This document shows positions 49,351 through 61,400 of a stretch of DNA of 64,000 nucleotides, one piece after another (position 1 is the stretch's first letter; every line of letters begins with the position of its first letter). Both the position numbers and the translations under genes were made by a program. This DNA comes from Camelus ferus. Lineage: Eukaryota. Below the pieces are notes generated by a model. That model was not told the DNA's origin. It was given only the letters and a program-made list of their open reading frames with translations, and ran no database searches. Where the stretch lies: positions 14,820,001 to 14,884,000 of the forward strand of contig NC_045697.1 of assembly GCF_009834535.1 (NCBI RefSeq), given 5' to 3'.

Positions 49351-49749
49351 TATTAGTCCAAGTATTAACTGCAAATATGCAAACTGCTTATAGTTTGTTG
49401 GACCAGCCTGAGATCAGTTCCTTAACCATCAGGGGAGTCTCAGTCCATCACAGCTAGTGGCCTGTCATCTATTAAGACTTAAAGACTGAAGGCTTTGTTC
49501 TCCATTAAAAAGTCAACATTTCTCAGCCTCTTTTGCAGATAAGTGTTTAGTGTACTGGCTGAGAAGATGGAAAGTTAGAGGACTTTCTGAAGATATTTTA
49601 TTTGGCTAAAAAGAAACTTCTATAAAAAGGCACATTGGGACTTTTCTTCTGCCTTTTCCTCCTAAACCAATAACACAGAGAATATAAATATTATCATCAA
49701 CAAAACAGACATAAGTTTTCATAGTTATACTAAATGTTACTGGCTTTTT

Positions 49750-50490
49750 TTCTATTGCATTGATATTTGTACTAATGGTACAAAGTCAGAGGTAGGTAAC
49801 CCAGCCAGTGTCTCAGCCGTGGCATCAGTCGAGCAGTATGAGCCGCCACTGTGTTCTTCACCATTACAGACAGACAGAAAATAAGTAGGCCAGGCTCAGT
49901 TAATGATGTATTTAAAGAGCAATAAAAAGCATTACCTTTATTAAATCTCAACTCTTTTGCACATGTCTTTTTAATATTCTTTGTGACAAAATAGGAGGTA
50001 TATAAATGGTATTTCTCTTGCCTACTTAAGTATATTTGTCTCAAGAAATGACACTTGTATGATTGTTTGAAATGTGAGCTGAATTGTGACCTTTTTCAAG
50101 GGCCAACATTTTTACTTGGAGGAACAACTGCCCAACTACAGTTATTCTTGAGAATGAACAGTGACCTGATCCTTCAAGGAAACAACAGACAGTATTTGCA
50201 GCTAATGATGACATTTGAGGTTTCAAGCAAAAGTTAGAATTTTGGAAAACTCTGATCGGCCACCCTGGGCTTGGCAGTTCTGCAATACTTCAGTCTTTTC
50301 TGATGAAATCTGTAGTGATATTAATGAATGTGATTTTTTGACATTGTATAATAAAATGCACAACTTTTGGAAAACATGCATAACTTAGTGACTCAGTGTT
50401 TCCCAAATGACCAATAGATGTTATAATACCACGCATGAATAAAAGATCAATGGTTCAAGATGGACCCAACAAATTTTTAGAGTAACTGCA
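49750..50490 (+). mobile_element. Charlie1-type hAT DNA transposon internal fragment (degraded transposase-derived sequence)
   Basis: TTGCATTGATATTTGTACT; TTTATTAAATCTCAAC; CTTCAAGGAAACAACAGACAGTATTTG; TTTCAAGCAAAAGTTAGAATTTTGGAAAACT; GATATTAATGAATGTGATTTTTTG. Confidence 0.75.
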
Positions 50491-50499
50491 AATTCAATA

Positions 50500-50940
50500 T
50501 GGTTGTGACAAGTCTCTCCGCTCACCTCCTCTTTGCTCACTGCCTTCCAACAAGACTGGACTCCTTATGTTTTGCTTTGTTTTGGTTAATGTGCCTCTGG
50601 ACTCTGCTCATGGTACTTCCTCTGCCTGGAGGACGGAGTTACACAGCAGGTCTTAACTTTATTCAGATCTATCCACAAATGCCCCTTCATAGAGAAACCA
50701 CTTCTGACAGCTCTATTCAGTTTTCCTCACTCTACTAATAATCACTGGCCATTCCCTAAGAAATCTGTTAAGTGTTGCCAGTCTTGTCCAAAGGGATGTA
50801 AGCTAGCTCCATGAAGCACGGAATTTGTTGATTTTGTCTGTCTTGTTCACCAGTGTTTACTAGAGCTTTGAACAATGTCTGGGGTATATTATGTACTAAA
50901 TAAATGGTGGTTGAATAAATGGATCAATGAATGAATAAAC
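50500..50940 (+). mobile_element. L2 LINE 3' end
   Basis: GCTCCATGAAGCACGG; TCTTGTTCACCAGTG; GTTGAATAAATGGATCAATGAATGAAT. Confidence 0.7.
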
Positions 50941-51938
50941 ATTTAAAGTTTAGTACTCTCAAGGTCAAAAGAGCTAAATACTTGAAAAAACCCACACGGT
51001 GTTTTGGTGGCAAAGCTAGAATTGACATCAACTTAATGCGAGAGTCTAAACTCTTTAACTAGTACAGTTTTCTACATTCTGAGTTCTCCAAAAATAAGTA
51101 CCCATCTCTTCATTTTCCTTGGAGCTTTTATTTCTGGCCATACAAAATATAATTAATTTTAAAAGACTTGGGGTTTGTTTGTTTGTTTTTTGCTGTTGTG
51201 AGGTAAGTTGTTCCTCTTTCACTGCAAATATTTTAATTAAGGAGACAAAGAGTAAGGTGTATAGTAAGTTGTAAGAACACTTACAGACTATACAACCAAG
51301 CACAGGCCAACCAGAATGCTGGAATAAAGTGGTTCAATAGATACAAACTTACAGAATTGACCAATACTCACAGGGCAAAAAACAACAGAATCTCCACAGG
51401 ATACAATTTTGAGTGTCTATGGATCATTCATAGGCTTATAAAATAACTCAGAACACACAGACACAGAAACCCGATAGACTAAAAAAAAAAAAAAAAACCA
51501 AGAAAATGCCTATAGATATCAAAGATACCCAGGAATCATTTTGGTCCATTTCAAAATCTTACACTATTTTTACACAAATTTTTTAATCAAAGGGCAATGA
51601 GTGTCATTTAGATCAAAGAACAACACAAGAGTATCTTATTGACTAATATGATAGTATAAAAACATTGGCATTCAGAGACTTCCCAAATCCTTTGTCTTAA
51701 TTTTCTCTCTTCCCCACTCAAGCAGTTCAATGTTGATGCTCAGGTTTTGGGGAACACTCTGTTTTGCACATGAGAATGTGTGAAGAGGCAAATTACAAGA
51801 ATGAAATTTGGATTGATTTACATTATAAAGCTTCTAGAAGAGAGCAGAGAGGAGAAGGAGGAGCTTTTTGAGGAGGGTTTGAGGAGGAGACATTGGGTGC
51901 AGTTCTTATTTTGTGAGGGTTTGGGGAGAAAGATTCTT

Positions 51939-51970
51939 GAAGGTATCTGGAAGGTATCTTGAAGGTATCT
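51939..51970. repeat. 11-bp period tandem repeat, three copies of GAAGGTATCT
   Basis: Copies start at 51939, 51950 and 51961. Confidence 0.9.
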
Positions 51971-52319
51971 GCTGTGTTCGTTGCAACGTAATTGTTTTTG
52001 GTGCAGATTGTTTCAATTCAACTGTTTCAATGCAATGTAGCTTAATTATTCCTTTAGAACCTTTTTGAGCAATGTTATGAAAGCCTAATTACTTTGCTAT
52101 GCTGGATTGCATTTGCAACTACATTTATTTTATTTTCTATGGATCCTTGTCATAACAGGCTTGGTATAATTCTTGCTGTAGTGATTGTGGAGTTTGATCA
52201 TATATAGTATCGATATGAGCTATATTTCTTTTCACTTTTTCACTTATAAACATTGCTTTAGGTATGGGTTGGTTTACAGCCCACTGACATCCCAAATTTG
52301 TTTCTTCTGTGATTTTAGA

Positions 52320-52770
52320 GTTGCGCTGTCCAATATGACAGTCATCACTCACATACTATGAATGTGGCACTTTAAACGTGGCAAGTGAGATTGAGAAACT
52401 TAATTTTTATGTTATTTTATTTAAATTTTAAATGTGGCAAATGAGATTGAAAAATTTAATTTTTATGTCATTTTATTTAGATTTTAAGGTGCATATTAAA
52501 TTTAGTTACTGGAAAACTTATGAATTTTTATAACAGCATGTATGTGAATCTACTCTTTTGGGCCTATATATTTTATGAAATCTAAATACAGATCAGATAG
52601 TCCTAATGAAAATTAACCATATAAAGTGAGATATATAAAAGATACATACGATGTTGAAAACTTAGTACAAAAAAGAATGTAAAATATATTATTAATTTTT
52701 ATATTGATTATGTGTTGAAATAATACATTGGATAATTGGATAAAATAAAATCTTTTAACCTTTTAATATT
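52320..52770. mobile_element. MER33/Charlie1-related hAT element with an internal 56-bp duplication
   Basis: GCGCTGTCCAATATG terminus; AAATCTAAATACAGATCA; AAAAAAGAATGTAAAATAT; TTTTATATTGATTATGTGTTGAAAT. Confidence 0.65.
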
Positions 52771-53283
52771 GATTTGCTCATTCAACAAATACATAATGAG
52801 TATTTGCTATGAACAGGCATTATTATAGAAACAGAGATGGCAAAGACAGTCAACTCTTCACGGAAAAATGAGACTTGAATTTGCCTGTCTCACCTATAAG
52901 TGCCAAGGGTTTAAAAGACAGAACAAAAGAAGGAAGAAGGGTCTCAGTAAAGTCGGGGGCAGCGATAAAAACAAGCACTGGAAGAGTGGGAAGACCAGCC
53001 TGGTGGAACTGGAATACATTCCAAGAGAGTGAAAGAAAAAGTAAAACAGCACAGTTGTAATAAATGCAGTTGATGCGACTCCTTTTACTGGAGTACAGTG
53101 AACACACCAGAGTGTTCAGAAAGCCAGGAAACACAGAGAAAGCAGTCAAAATAGTATACTTACTATACCCCGTTCAGTAACAGTGGAACTTAATTGAGTT
53201 AGATTTAGAGGTATTTTACCTAAGAGGTGCTGGAGATTGAAGGAAATTATATTGAACATATTCCTGGAAAATGTAATTAAGGT

Positions 53284-53825
53284 TGTAGTGGTTTTAAAAT
53301 AGGTCTGTGAATTCTTTGACAGTTCTCCCTTCCAAAGGCGATGCTTACTTCCCCTTCCTGGAAATGTAGGTCGGACTTAATGATTCCTTTCTAACCACAG
53401 AATGTAGCAGAAGTGACGAGCTATGAGACTTACAAGGTCATCAAAAAGATACAGCTTCTGCCTGGCTCTCTCTTTTGCATACTTCTCTCTGGGGGAAGCA
53501 AGCTTTCACGTTTTGAAAACTGTCCCATGGAGAAGCCCACGTGGAGACTAATTGAGGCCTCCTGACAAAAGCTGGCACCACTTTGCCAGCCAGGAAGGTA
53601 AAACCATCTTCAAAGTGGATCACTCAGCCACAGTTAAGCCTTCAGATGACAAAAGCCTGGACCAACATTTTGATTGCAACCTAATGAAATATGGAGCCAG
53701 AACCACCCCAGCCACACTACTTCCAAATTCTGGACCCGCAGGAAACTGAAGTATAATTAAAGATGATAATTTTAAACCAATAATTTGTGTGGTACTTAGT
53801 TATGCAGAAACAAATAACTGATACA
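53284..53825 (+). mobile_element. MaLR solo LTR, MLT1F-like
   Basis: Starts TGTAGTGGTTTTAAAATA...AATTCTTTGACA; GGAGAAGCCCACGTGG; AGCCTTCAGATGAC; ends ATAACTGATACA. Confidence 0.8.
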
Positions 53826-55399
53826 AATATACTGCTTAAAATAAATGTATCCTATATTTTCTGACCTTTCAGATACTCTGGAGGTACCTGAAATGGGGAA
53901 TGTCAAGATGATGGTGCCATCGTGGCAGCAACAGTCTGGCAACATTGACAAAGGGATCAGATGGCCGAAAGGCAGACAGCACTGAAAGGTGACTGGGTCT
54001 ATTTTAGTCTCCCAGAGTAGAGGTGACTTGGAGAAGGGCAGTGGTAGAGGAGACTGAGAAATGAAAAAGATGAAACGTACAAATGTCAGGAGTTTTTCAT
54101 TCAAAGATGACACCGCATTTCTGAGCCAGGAGTATCTTAATGGTTGATGCTGCCTCGGGTAAAATCCTTCCGGGTTTAGGAAGAGGGCTTCGGTTTTGAA
54201 TAGAGTAAAATTTAGGGTAACAGACGCCTTGAGGATGGATAAGAGTAGAGTTTATGTTAGTGAAAAGTAAACTTTAATGTGATTGTCAATTTTTAAAAAG
54301 TAGCAGGTTAACTTTTGGATAGTGAGGAAAATTTATCAATATTTGGCCAATCATTTGGTTCACTTATGATGTATCTGGATCAATCCTGATGGAAAAATCT
54401 ATTGATGGATCTTTGCCTGATTGTTCTTATTGACATTACAAACTGTACATAAAGACCAACACCGCCGGTATTATCAAAGTACAGCGAAGGTCAAAGAAAG
54501 TGTCCTTCCTCAGTTCTTGTTAATGAGAAGTCAGGATTATCTTACCATCTCTCTCTATTTTCTTTTTCTTTTCCATTTTGGTCTTATTGAGTAGTTACAA
54601 TCTAGCCTTCTATTTATTCATCATCATCACAGGCCTCCTCTTTCTTATCATCTTCGTCAGAGAAGAAAGTGGAGGAGCTACATGTATAGATCACAAATTA
54701 CCTCCACGTATAGAGCACTTTACATATCAACTTCTCTTAGCTCTTAAATGCACAACTGCTTAAGAAAGAGATGCTAGATCTCATGTACAAAGGAGAAAAC
54801 TTTGTAAGCGAAGTAGATTAATCATCCAGAGCCTGGGGTGAAGACACTAAAGCCCATGGTCTTGCCATTTCACACTCTCGGATGACTGCTCATTATACAC
54901 ACAACCAGCGGCTACGTCAGTTAACCAATTTGATTGCCACAGATTTTGGAGAATAGAGACCGTAACTTCTGCTCCTGTGACTTCCTTCTTATCTCACTGA
55001 TTATTGTTAATCAACTGTTTTCATACGTTTATTTGACTTATAAAAACCCAAAGGAACCATTAAAATTTGTGTATAGTTTCATTTTTGGTTTTTCCAAAGT
55101 TTCCAGACACTTCATCATTCCCCAAGTCCAACACAATTTTCCCACAGTGGTGTATGGCATTTTCCATTTTTGTGATTTTTTTTGTGTGGTGGTGGTGTTT
55201 CTTCTAGCTTTAATGTTACTTTTCTCCATCATCTCCCTGGAAAGTCCTTACTCATCCTTTAAGATTACAGGGCATATTGAAGTTGCCACGCAAGCATTCG
55301 CCTGCTCCTTTCCCATTTGTGTGGCTGCTCTGTGTTCGGGTAGGAGTGACCACAGCACTCTGCTTCAAAGATGGACCTTCATCATCAAAAGCCAGAGAT

Positions 55400-55864
55400 C
55401 CTAGTTCCATCACCCTTGCTCTAACAGTGGGTGTAGGGCTGGGCAGGTAACCCAGACATATGCCAATTAATCCATGGCATTTCCTGGGTACAATAACTGG
55501 TGAAAGAGTGGGCAGTGGCTTTAGGTGGTCCAGGTAGACTAACTCTTGTATTTTTATTTAGTGGTTGGGGAAAACCAACTCTTGATACGGATGTTATGGG
55601 AGTAGGGTAGGCAGATATGAGATGTGGTCCTGGTGGAGCCACTTCCAAGCTGTGAGAGAAGCTAGCCTGAGGATCAGCTGCCACATGGAAGAGACCAGAC
55701 CCGAGAAACTCACAGCGACAGGGGCATGGAGCTTTGATCTCTAGCTCTGAAGTCCTTTCTACTTCTGGCTATTTTTTAGCTACCTGAGCCAAGGCATTTC
55801 CTTAATCACTTGGGCCTAATTGAGTTGAGTTTCCCATTACTTGTAATTAAAAGCATCTTAAACA
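55400..55864 (+). mobile_element. Old MaLR LTR (MLT1J/K-like)
   Basis: GGGCAGGTAACCCAG; CTACTTCTGGCTATTTTTTAGCTACCTGAGCCAA; GAGTTTCCCATTACTTGTAATTAAAAGCATCTT. Confidence 0.55.
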
Positions 55865-56379
55865 AAAATCCAGATAAAACTTAACTTCCTTTGTAAGGCT
55901 TCCCCAAATCTCTATAGGCAGGTCAGCTTACTGACCCTTCTTTTCTTCCCCAGAACTTTGCTTATACAGCACTCAGACTATTGAAAGTGTTGAATTGTAA
56001 CGAACTATTTTATTATCAGTTTCCCTGGTACACCATGAGCTCATTAAGGACAGAGACCACATCCTATTCAGCCTTATATCCCCAGAGCCTTGCACACTGC
56101 CCATTTCCCTCAGAACCTATCAATATGTGAATGAGCGCATCTTCAGCTCCTTTTCCTTGTTCCTTATTTCAGCCGCTGACAAGAACCAGTATGTTCAATA
56201 GCTGGGGAAAGTTAGAGTCTAAGGGAAGTGTTTGGACTCGTGTAATGCAGTCTGCAGTGGCTCAACCTATTTATTGCAGGGTTATTAGTTTCTGCCCCAA
56301 GTAACCTTTATACCAACTCCATTAAGCTCCGTTTCCTTTCAAAATGATCTACAGCTTCTGCAGAATAGACCACTTTCAT

Positions 56380-56940
56380 ATTCACTCATTCATTTTTTTC
56401 AGCAAGTATTTGTTGTATGCTTACCTTCTGTGAGTCACTGGTCTTGGGGTATAATAGTAAACAAGATTCTTTCCCTTACAATTTTAGTAGGGGGAGTCAA
56501 ACTATAAACCAAATGTATAAGCAAAGTATAGAGTATGTTAGAGTATGGTGATAAGGTTTATAAAGAAAAAGCCAGGCGATGGTACAGGGTGTGCTGGAGG
56601 TGGCAGGACTGCAATTATAAACAGAGTGATCGGGATAGCCTCACTGAGATGGGGACAACTGAAGGAGGCGACAAGATCTACACACATCTTACAGAAAAGT
56701 CTTCAGGGAGAGGAAACGTGAAGTGCGAAGATTCTAGTGCAGGAGCACCAGGTGTATGAGAGGAAACACCAGAAGGCCAGGGAGGCTGGAGCAGAGTGAG
56801 TGAGGAGGAAGTCAGTAAGGAGGGCAGAGAAGGATAATACCAGGAGGTAACGTAGATCTTCAGGCCCCTGAACTTGTCTGACTGGCTTTTTAATCAGAGT
56901 AAATTAAGAAGCTTCTGGAAGGATTTAACAGACAACACAG
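56380..56940 (-). mobile_element. L2 LINE 3' end, antisense
   Basis: TTCACTCATTCATT...AGCAAGTATTTGTTG; GCCTCACTGAG; GGCCAGGGAGGCTGGAGCAGAGTGAG. Confidence 0.75.
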
Positions 56941-59900
56941 GATGACAGACTCACCATTAGAAGTCTGGAAGGCAGAGCCATGTGCATTATTCTGGGGCTC
57001 AGAAAAGCATCTGCCTAGCTCCACACAGGGAGGCTTTATCTAATTAGTATTTGAATTTCATATCAAGTTGCTCTGTTTCCTTCTAATGAAGCCCAATGTA
57101 TTTAATTCTTATTAAATATTTTAGTTAACATGTCAGTCACACACTTTTTAATACAAGGAGAAAGGCATATAAGTGGAAATAACATACACAGAGTTTCAAA
57201 TTATGAGTAACTTGGTAGAGGGACTAGAAGGCATCTTGTAAAGATACGGAGTGTCTAATGTTTCACTTTGTTTTTCCTGGGAGAGGACTGCACAACAGAA
57301 CCACCTTTCTATTTTCTCCTCTTGCAGGCCTGCTGCCTGTGACTGATAGCTATTAAATTAGGTTTTACCTCCCCAGCTTGGTCTAGATTAAATACATTTA
57401 TAGCACAGCAAGCCACCGAGAGACAAAGGAACAAGTGGCAATTACTTTGTCTATTTTGGTCTTCTTCATAGTTAACCATCATTTAAACATGCAAAGGAAA
57501 ATGGCTTGAAGACAGGACAAAAGGAAAATGAATGAAGGGCACTGAGCATTAAACACGTTTAAAGCTCCCCAAATTCACAAATATACGACAGTACCTGCAT
57601 ATATTTCTTAACAGAACTAAATTCAAACGCAGAAGCAGGGGAGGAATCCTGTGGAACATTTAAGTTCATCGGGAGTGATCTGCATTATAGTCCTGTTTCC
57701 CACCACGTCAGGGGAAAGTATGTCAGTCCTACTTGGGGAGAAATGATTTGGGAAGAATTCCACTTGTCCAGTATACCAGGCAGAGGGCAGAATCACATGG
57801 TCCTCAAACAGTGATGCCAAGGTTACTACTTTGAAACGAGTAGGTCAAAGTCATGCTAAGAGGAGGAATATTCTTTCCCCATGTGAAATTGTGTTTTCTT
57901 TAGAAAAAAAAAAAATGAATCATATTTGCTGCAGCAAAGTATGTTTACCTTTGGTGTTTCATAAGGACACAGATGGCAGTCTCCACTCTTTGAAAGACTG
58001 AACTGAAACTGTAACACCCATCATTACTCTGTCCCTCATGAGATCGGGGCCCCCATGCCCACAAAGTCTGCATGCAAGGAAGCCATATTTAACATCCTGT
58101 CCAAACATTAGGGAAGAGCTTACAAAAAGCACAAGGAAGTTGAGAGGTTGAAGACGTGCCTTTCCACCACATGTAGGAAAGTTAGAATTCCTTGACATGT
58201 AACAAAAGGAAGGGATGCCAGACAAGGGACTTGAAAAGAGACTGTGGGAAGATAAAAGAAAAGCAGAAGAAAGTGGAAGTCCATGTGGGATAATCTCTAA
58301 GGGTCTAAAATGTGTGACTTTCTTTCCCGGTTTTATGGTATTAAAGAATAAATTAGTTAAATGTAGTAGCATTCCCAAGTCCTTTTCCTTTCTTTTGTGT
58401 AGAAAAGAGGACAGAAGAGCTCATGATCTCCTGGAGGGACTCAACCAGAGCAGGATCTGGTCTGCAGGTTGCCCTAGCCCAGCCCATGTGATGTACCAAC
58501 AGAGAACGCTTCCAAACAGCAAAGTTCTTCCCTAGCAAGGGAGGTCATGAAGCAGCTTTTTGATTTTTTTTCTTTCTGTGGGGAGGCAAGTAGGGCCTTT
58601 ATACATCTGTTCACAGATAATAGCAGGGCCATACAGAAACATACAGAATTCCACTTTTTATAGTAGATGCCAAGCTTTCAGTTAGAGTTGGAGCCATTGG
58701 TCCAGGGCATACATTTTTTGAGATTGTCTCACCTAAGTTACACATTAGAACAGCTGATGGAAATGAGCATTTAAAGGAAGGCAGAGGCAGGAACCCATAC
58801 TCCTTAATGGCACAGTTGTCTACGCTTTTGGACCTCTATACAGAAACTCAAAGAGGAGTAGAACAAAGGAATTCCTCTAGAAAGCGGTAATGAGAACATG
58901 TTTCTACCCTTGCTTTATTTATCTGGATAACTGTTAAGTTTAAAACTGTGATGGGTCTGTGATGTTATAATCTATCTCTCTACATACACATATGTACATG
59001 TACACACACATACATACAAATAGGAACAGGGGACCTTTGGGTGAGGGAACAGACTGTTTACTCACAGAGCAGCCTGCATCAGTTCTTCATACCCAAACAT
59101 GATGCTGTAGGAGCCAGATGTGCCCAGTGCAGACACTGGGGTTAGTACCATAGGAAATGAACCCCAGAATTATGAAACTGGGAACTTACACAGGGTGGCT
59201 CTGCCATCTGGCCCTCTGCCCCTCTGGAGAGAGAAAAGGCAACTTTTGCTCTGCAATGTAAAAACTCACATGGGTGGATGGAAGGGGGAAAAGTCTTGAT
59301 TACAACATCCTGGGATGTAACCAAGTGTCTCTCGGGGAGAGATCAGACAATTTATTTCTCTCTGGAGCTCTCCACCTTGACAGCTGCTAGTCAATCAGCC
59401 TTTAACCCAAGTGCCAAGGTTCTTTGTTCAGAAAGCCCTACTTGTGCAGAAACATGAAAATATTCATGGGTAGTTGGTTCCTCACAAAAGCAGGGATGAT
59501 AAGAACTATCTTCTTGTGAGTATGGTTTGAAGCTAGAATGAGTTCATTCAGAGATGGAGATAAGAAGCTCAAGCCAGGAAAGAGATGAAGTCAAGGTGAA
59601 CCTCCTCCAGCTCCTGAGGCAGCAGCCAAGCCCGGGCAGGGCCTTCCGCTAGGGGGTCTGCACCTGTACCCCACACCGCACCCCTCCTAGAACGTGAACC
59701 TAGGCGGATGCCTCCTGCTGCAACTGCCATTCTGCCAGGGTTGTTCTCCTCTTTTCCACACAATTTTATAATGAGAAACAGAAACCGTTCACAATGGTAG
59801 TCCTAGGTCTAGTACCAAACACAGTATCTGGAGTGTGAAAAGTGTTGAAAAATTAATGATCTAGAGTATTAATTATCTGTTTCCACCCCAAGTAATAGCT

Positions 59901-60899
59901 TTCTAAATAGTTTCCTAGAGCATATTCCTGATTCCAGGGTATGATATATACAGTATGGTGGTGATGATGCTGGTGATGCTGGTAATTTTGGTGGAAGAGC
60001 ATGGAGAGCATTAAGTGTACAAGCAGATGATTATTTTGGTTATACTGAGTCAGAGAGGACTGAGTTTACTACCACTTTAACCACAAGTTTTTTTTTTTTA
60101 ATTTTAGAAGCCATTGCATATCCACATAGTAGAAATAATGATAAGAATAACAATATCTACTGTATCTAATAAAATAATATCTATCTTAGAATACCTAAAT
60201 GAAATGATACATGCACAGTACTTAGCATGGTAGCAACTTAGCAGGGCTCAAAAATCATTAGCTATTGTTACTTATCGTTTTTGATTTTTGTTTTTAAAAA
60301 AGGTAAATAAAGCACAGGAGGACGAGCAAGCAAAGTAAACAATTGAATTTTTTTTTGTTGTTATTTGATTCTATTTGGCTCTGCTTTGGCTTTGCTAAGT
60401 CATTGTTATAACCGGTTCAAAAAAAGAGGAGATAGGTTGTGCAGAAGAGACCAAATCCTCCAAATGAATCTCAGTCCATGCAGAAATTACACTGCCTGCA
60501 GCAGTTAGATTTGGGCAGTGAGAGATGAATAATTACAATGGAGCTGTAACTTTGATTTTCCTTCTGAATTTGCACAGGAGTTATTCTGATGTCAAAAATA
60601 ATTACAAGCAAAGAGACTTCAGTTGTAGCTTTGACATTATGCACGAGCTGGGTCAGACCTCACACAAGTGCTACAGACTCACTATTCTCTGTTTGTAAAA
60701 GCTGCGCCATGTGGCCTCGTGAAGTTGACGGTGTCACTGACTGTCTACCTAACTGCCAAGGTCAGTGAAATGCCCCAAGTTCCACTAAAAGAAACATACC
60801 AAAATATTATCATAATTGAGGAATGTATTGCCATCAATATCGTGGGTTTTATTTTTTTCAATTCAACTGCTTAAAAATATAAAATTAAAAGGACAAAAT

Positions 60900-61400
60900 A
60901 TATCTTATTTAAATCTTGTTTGCATCCCTGCCTCTCTCTCCTTCCCCACTGGCTCTGCTCTTCTTCACTCCAGTTGAAACTGCCATCATCTTGTTCCCAA
61001 ACTGCTATAATAGCTGCCTGCAGGTCTTCCTCTTTACTGTCTTGTTCTGTTCCGTGCCTCCAGTCTGTTCTCCACAGCAATGTATGTGACATATATGTCA
61101 GATAATGTCAACATCCTGCTGAAAAGCCTTCAGTCACCTCCCATTAGGGAGATCCAAAATCCTTAAAATGGCTTAGGAGATCTTCCAGTTCCTGGACTGG
61201 TTTCTCTCCAGTGTCTTCTTCACTGCCCCTGACCTCTACTCTCCACCTAGTCCACACATCCTTCATCCTTCATTGTTTCTCCTCTGCAATAGGCAATTCT
61301 CTCTAACGGGAATTACTGCTATTCAACTTTTAAGAACTTAAAGCTTAAGAATGTCTTTTTCTCTGAGAAGTTATTCTTTATTCTAGACCAATGTGGGTCC
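60900..61400 (+). mobile_element. L2 LINE fragment
   Basis: GCCTCCAGTCTGTTCTCCACAGCA; TCAGATAATGTCA...CTGCTGAAAAGCCTTCAGT; TCCAAAATCCTTA. Confidence 0.6.

Noticed and set aside
51372..51478. Minus-strand exon candidate between a T-tract acceptor and GTGAGT
   Set aside because: Stops in all three frames and no compositional signal of an exon.
53873..53988. Plus-strand exon candidate (TTTCAG|...AAG|GTGACT)
   Set aside because: Stops in all three frames, weak donor, and it lies among LTR and L2-like debris.
302..61105. The many 60-180 aa ORFs in the six-frame track outside the L1
   Set aside because: No recognisable domains; many start at non-ATG codons or lie in decayed repeats; lengths are as expected by chance.
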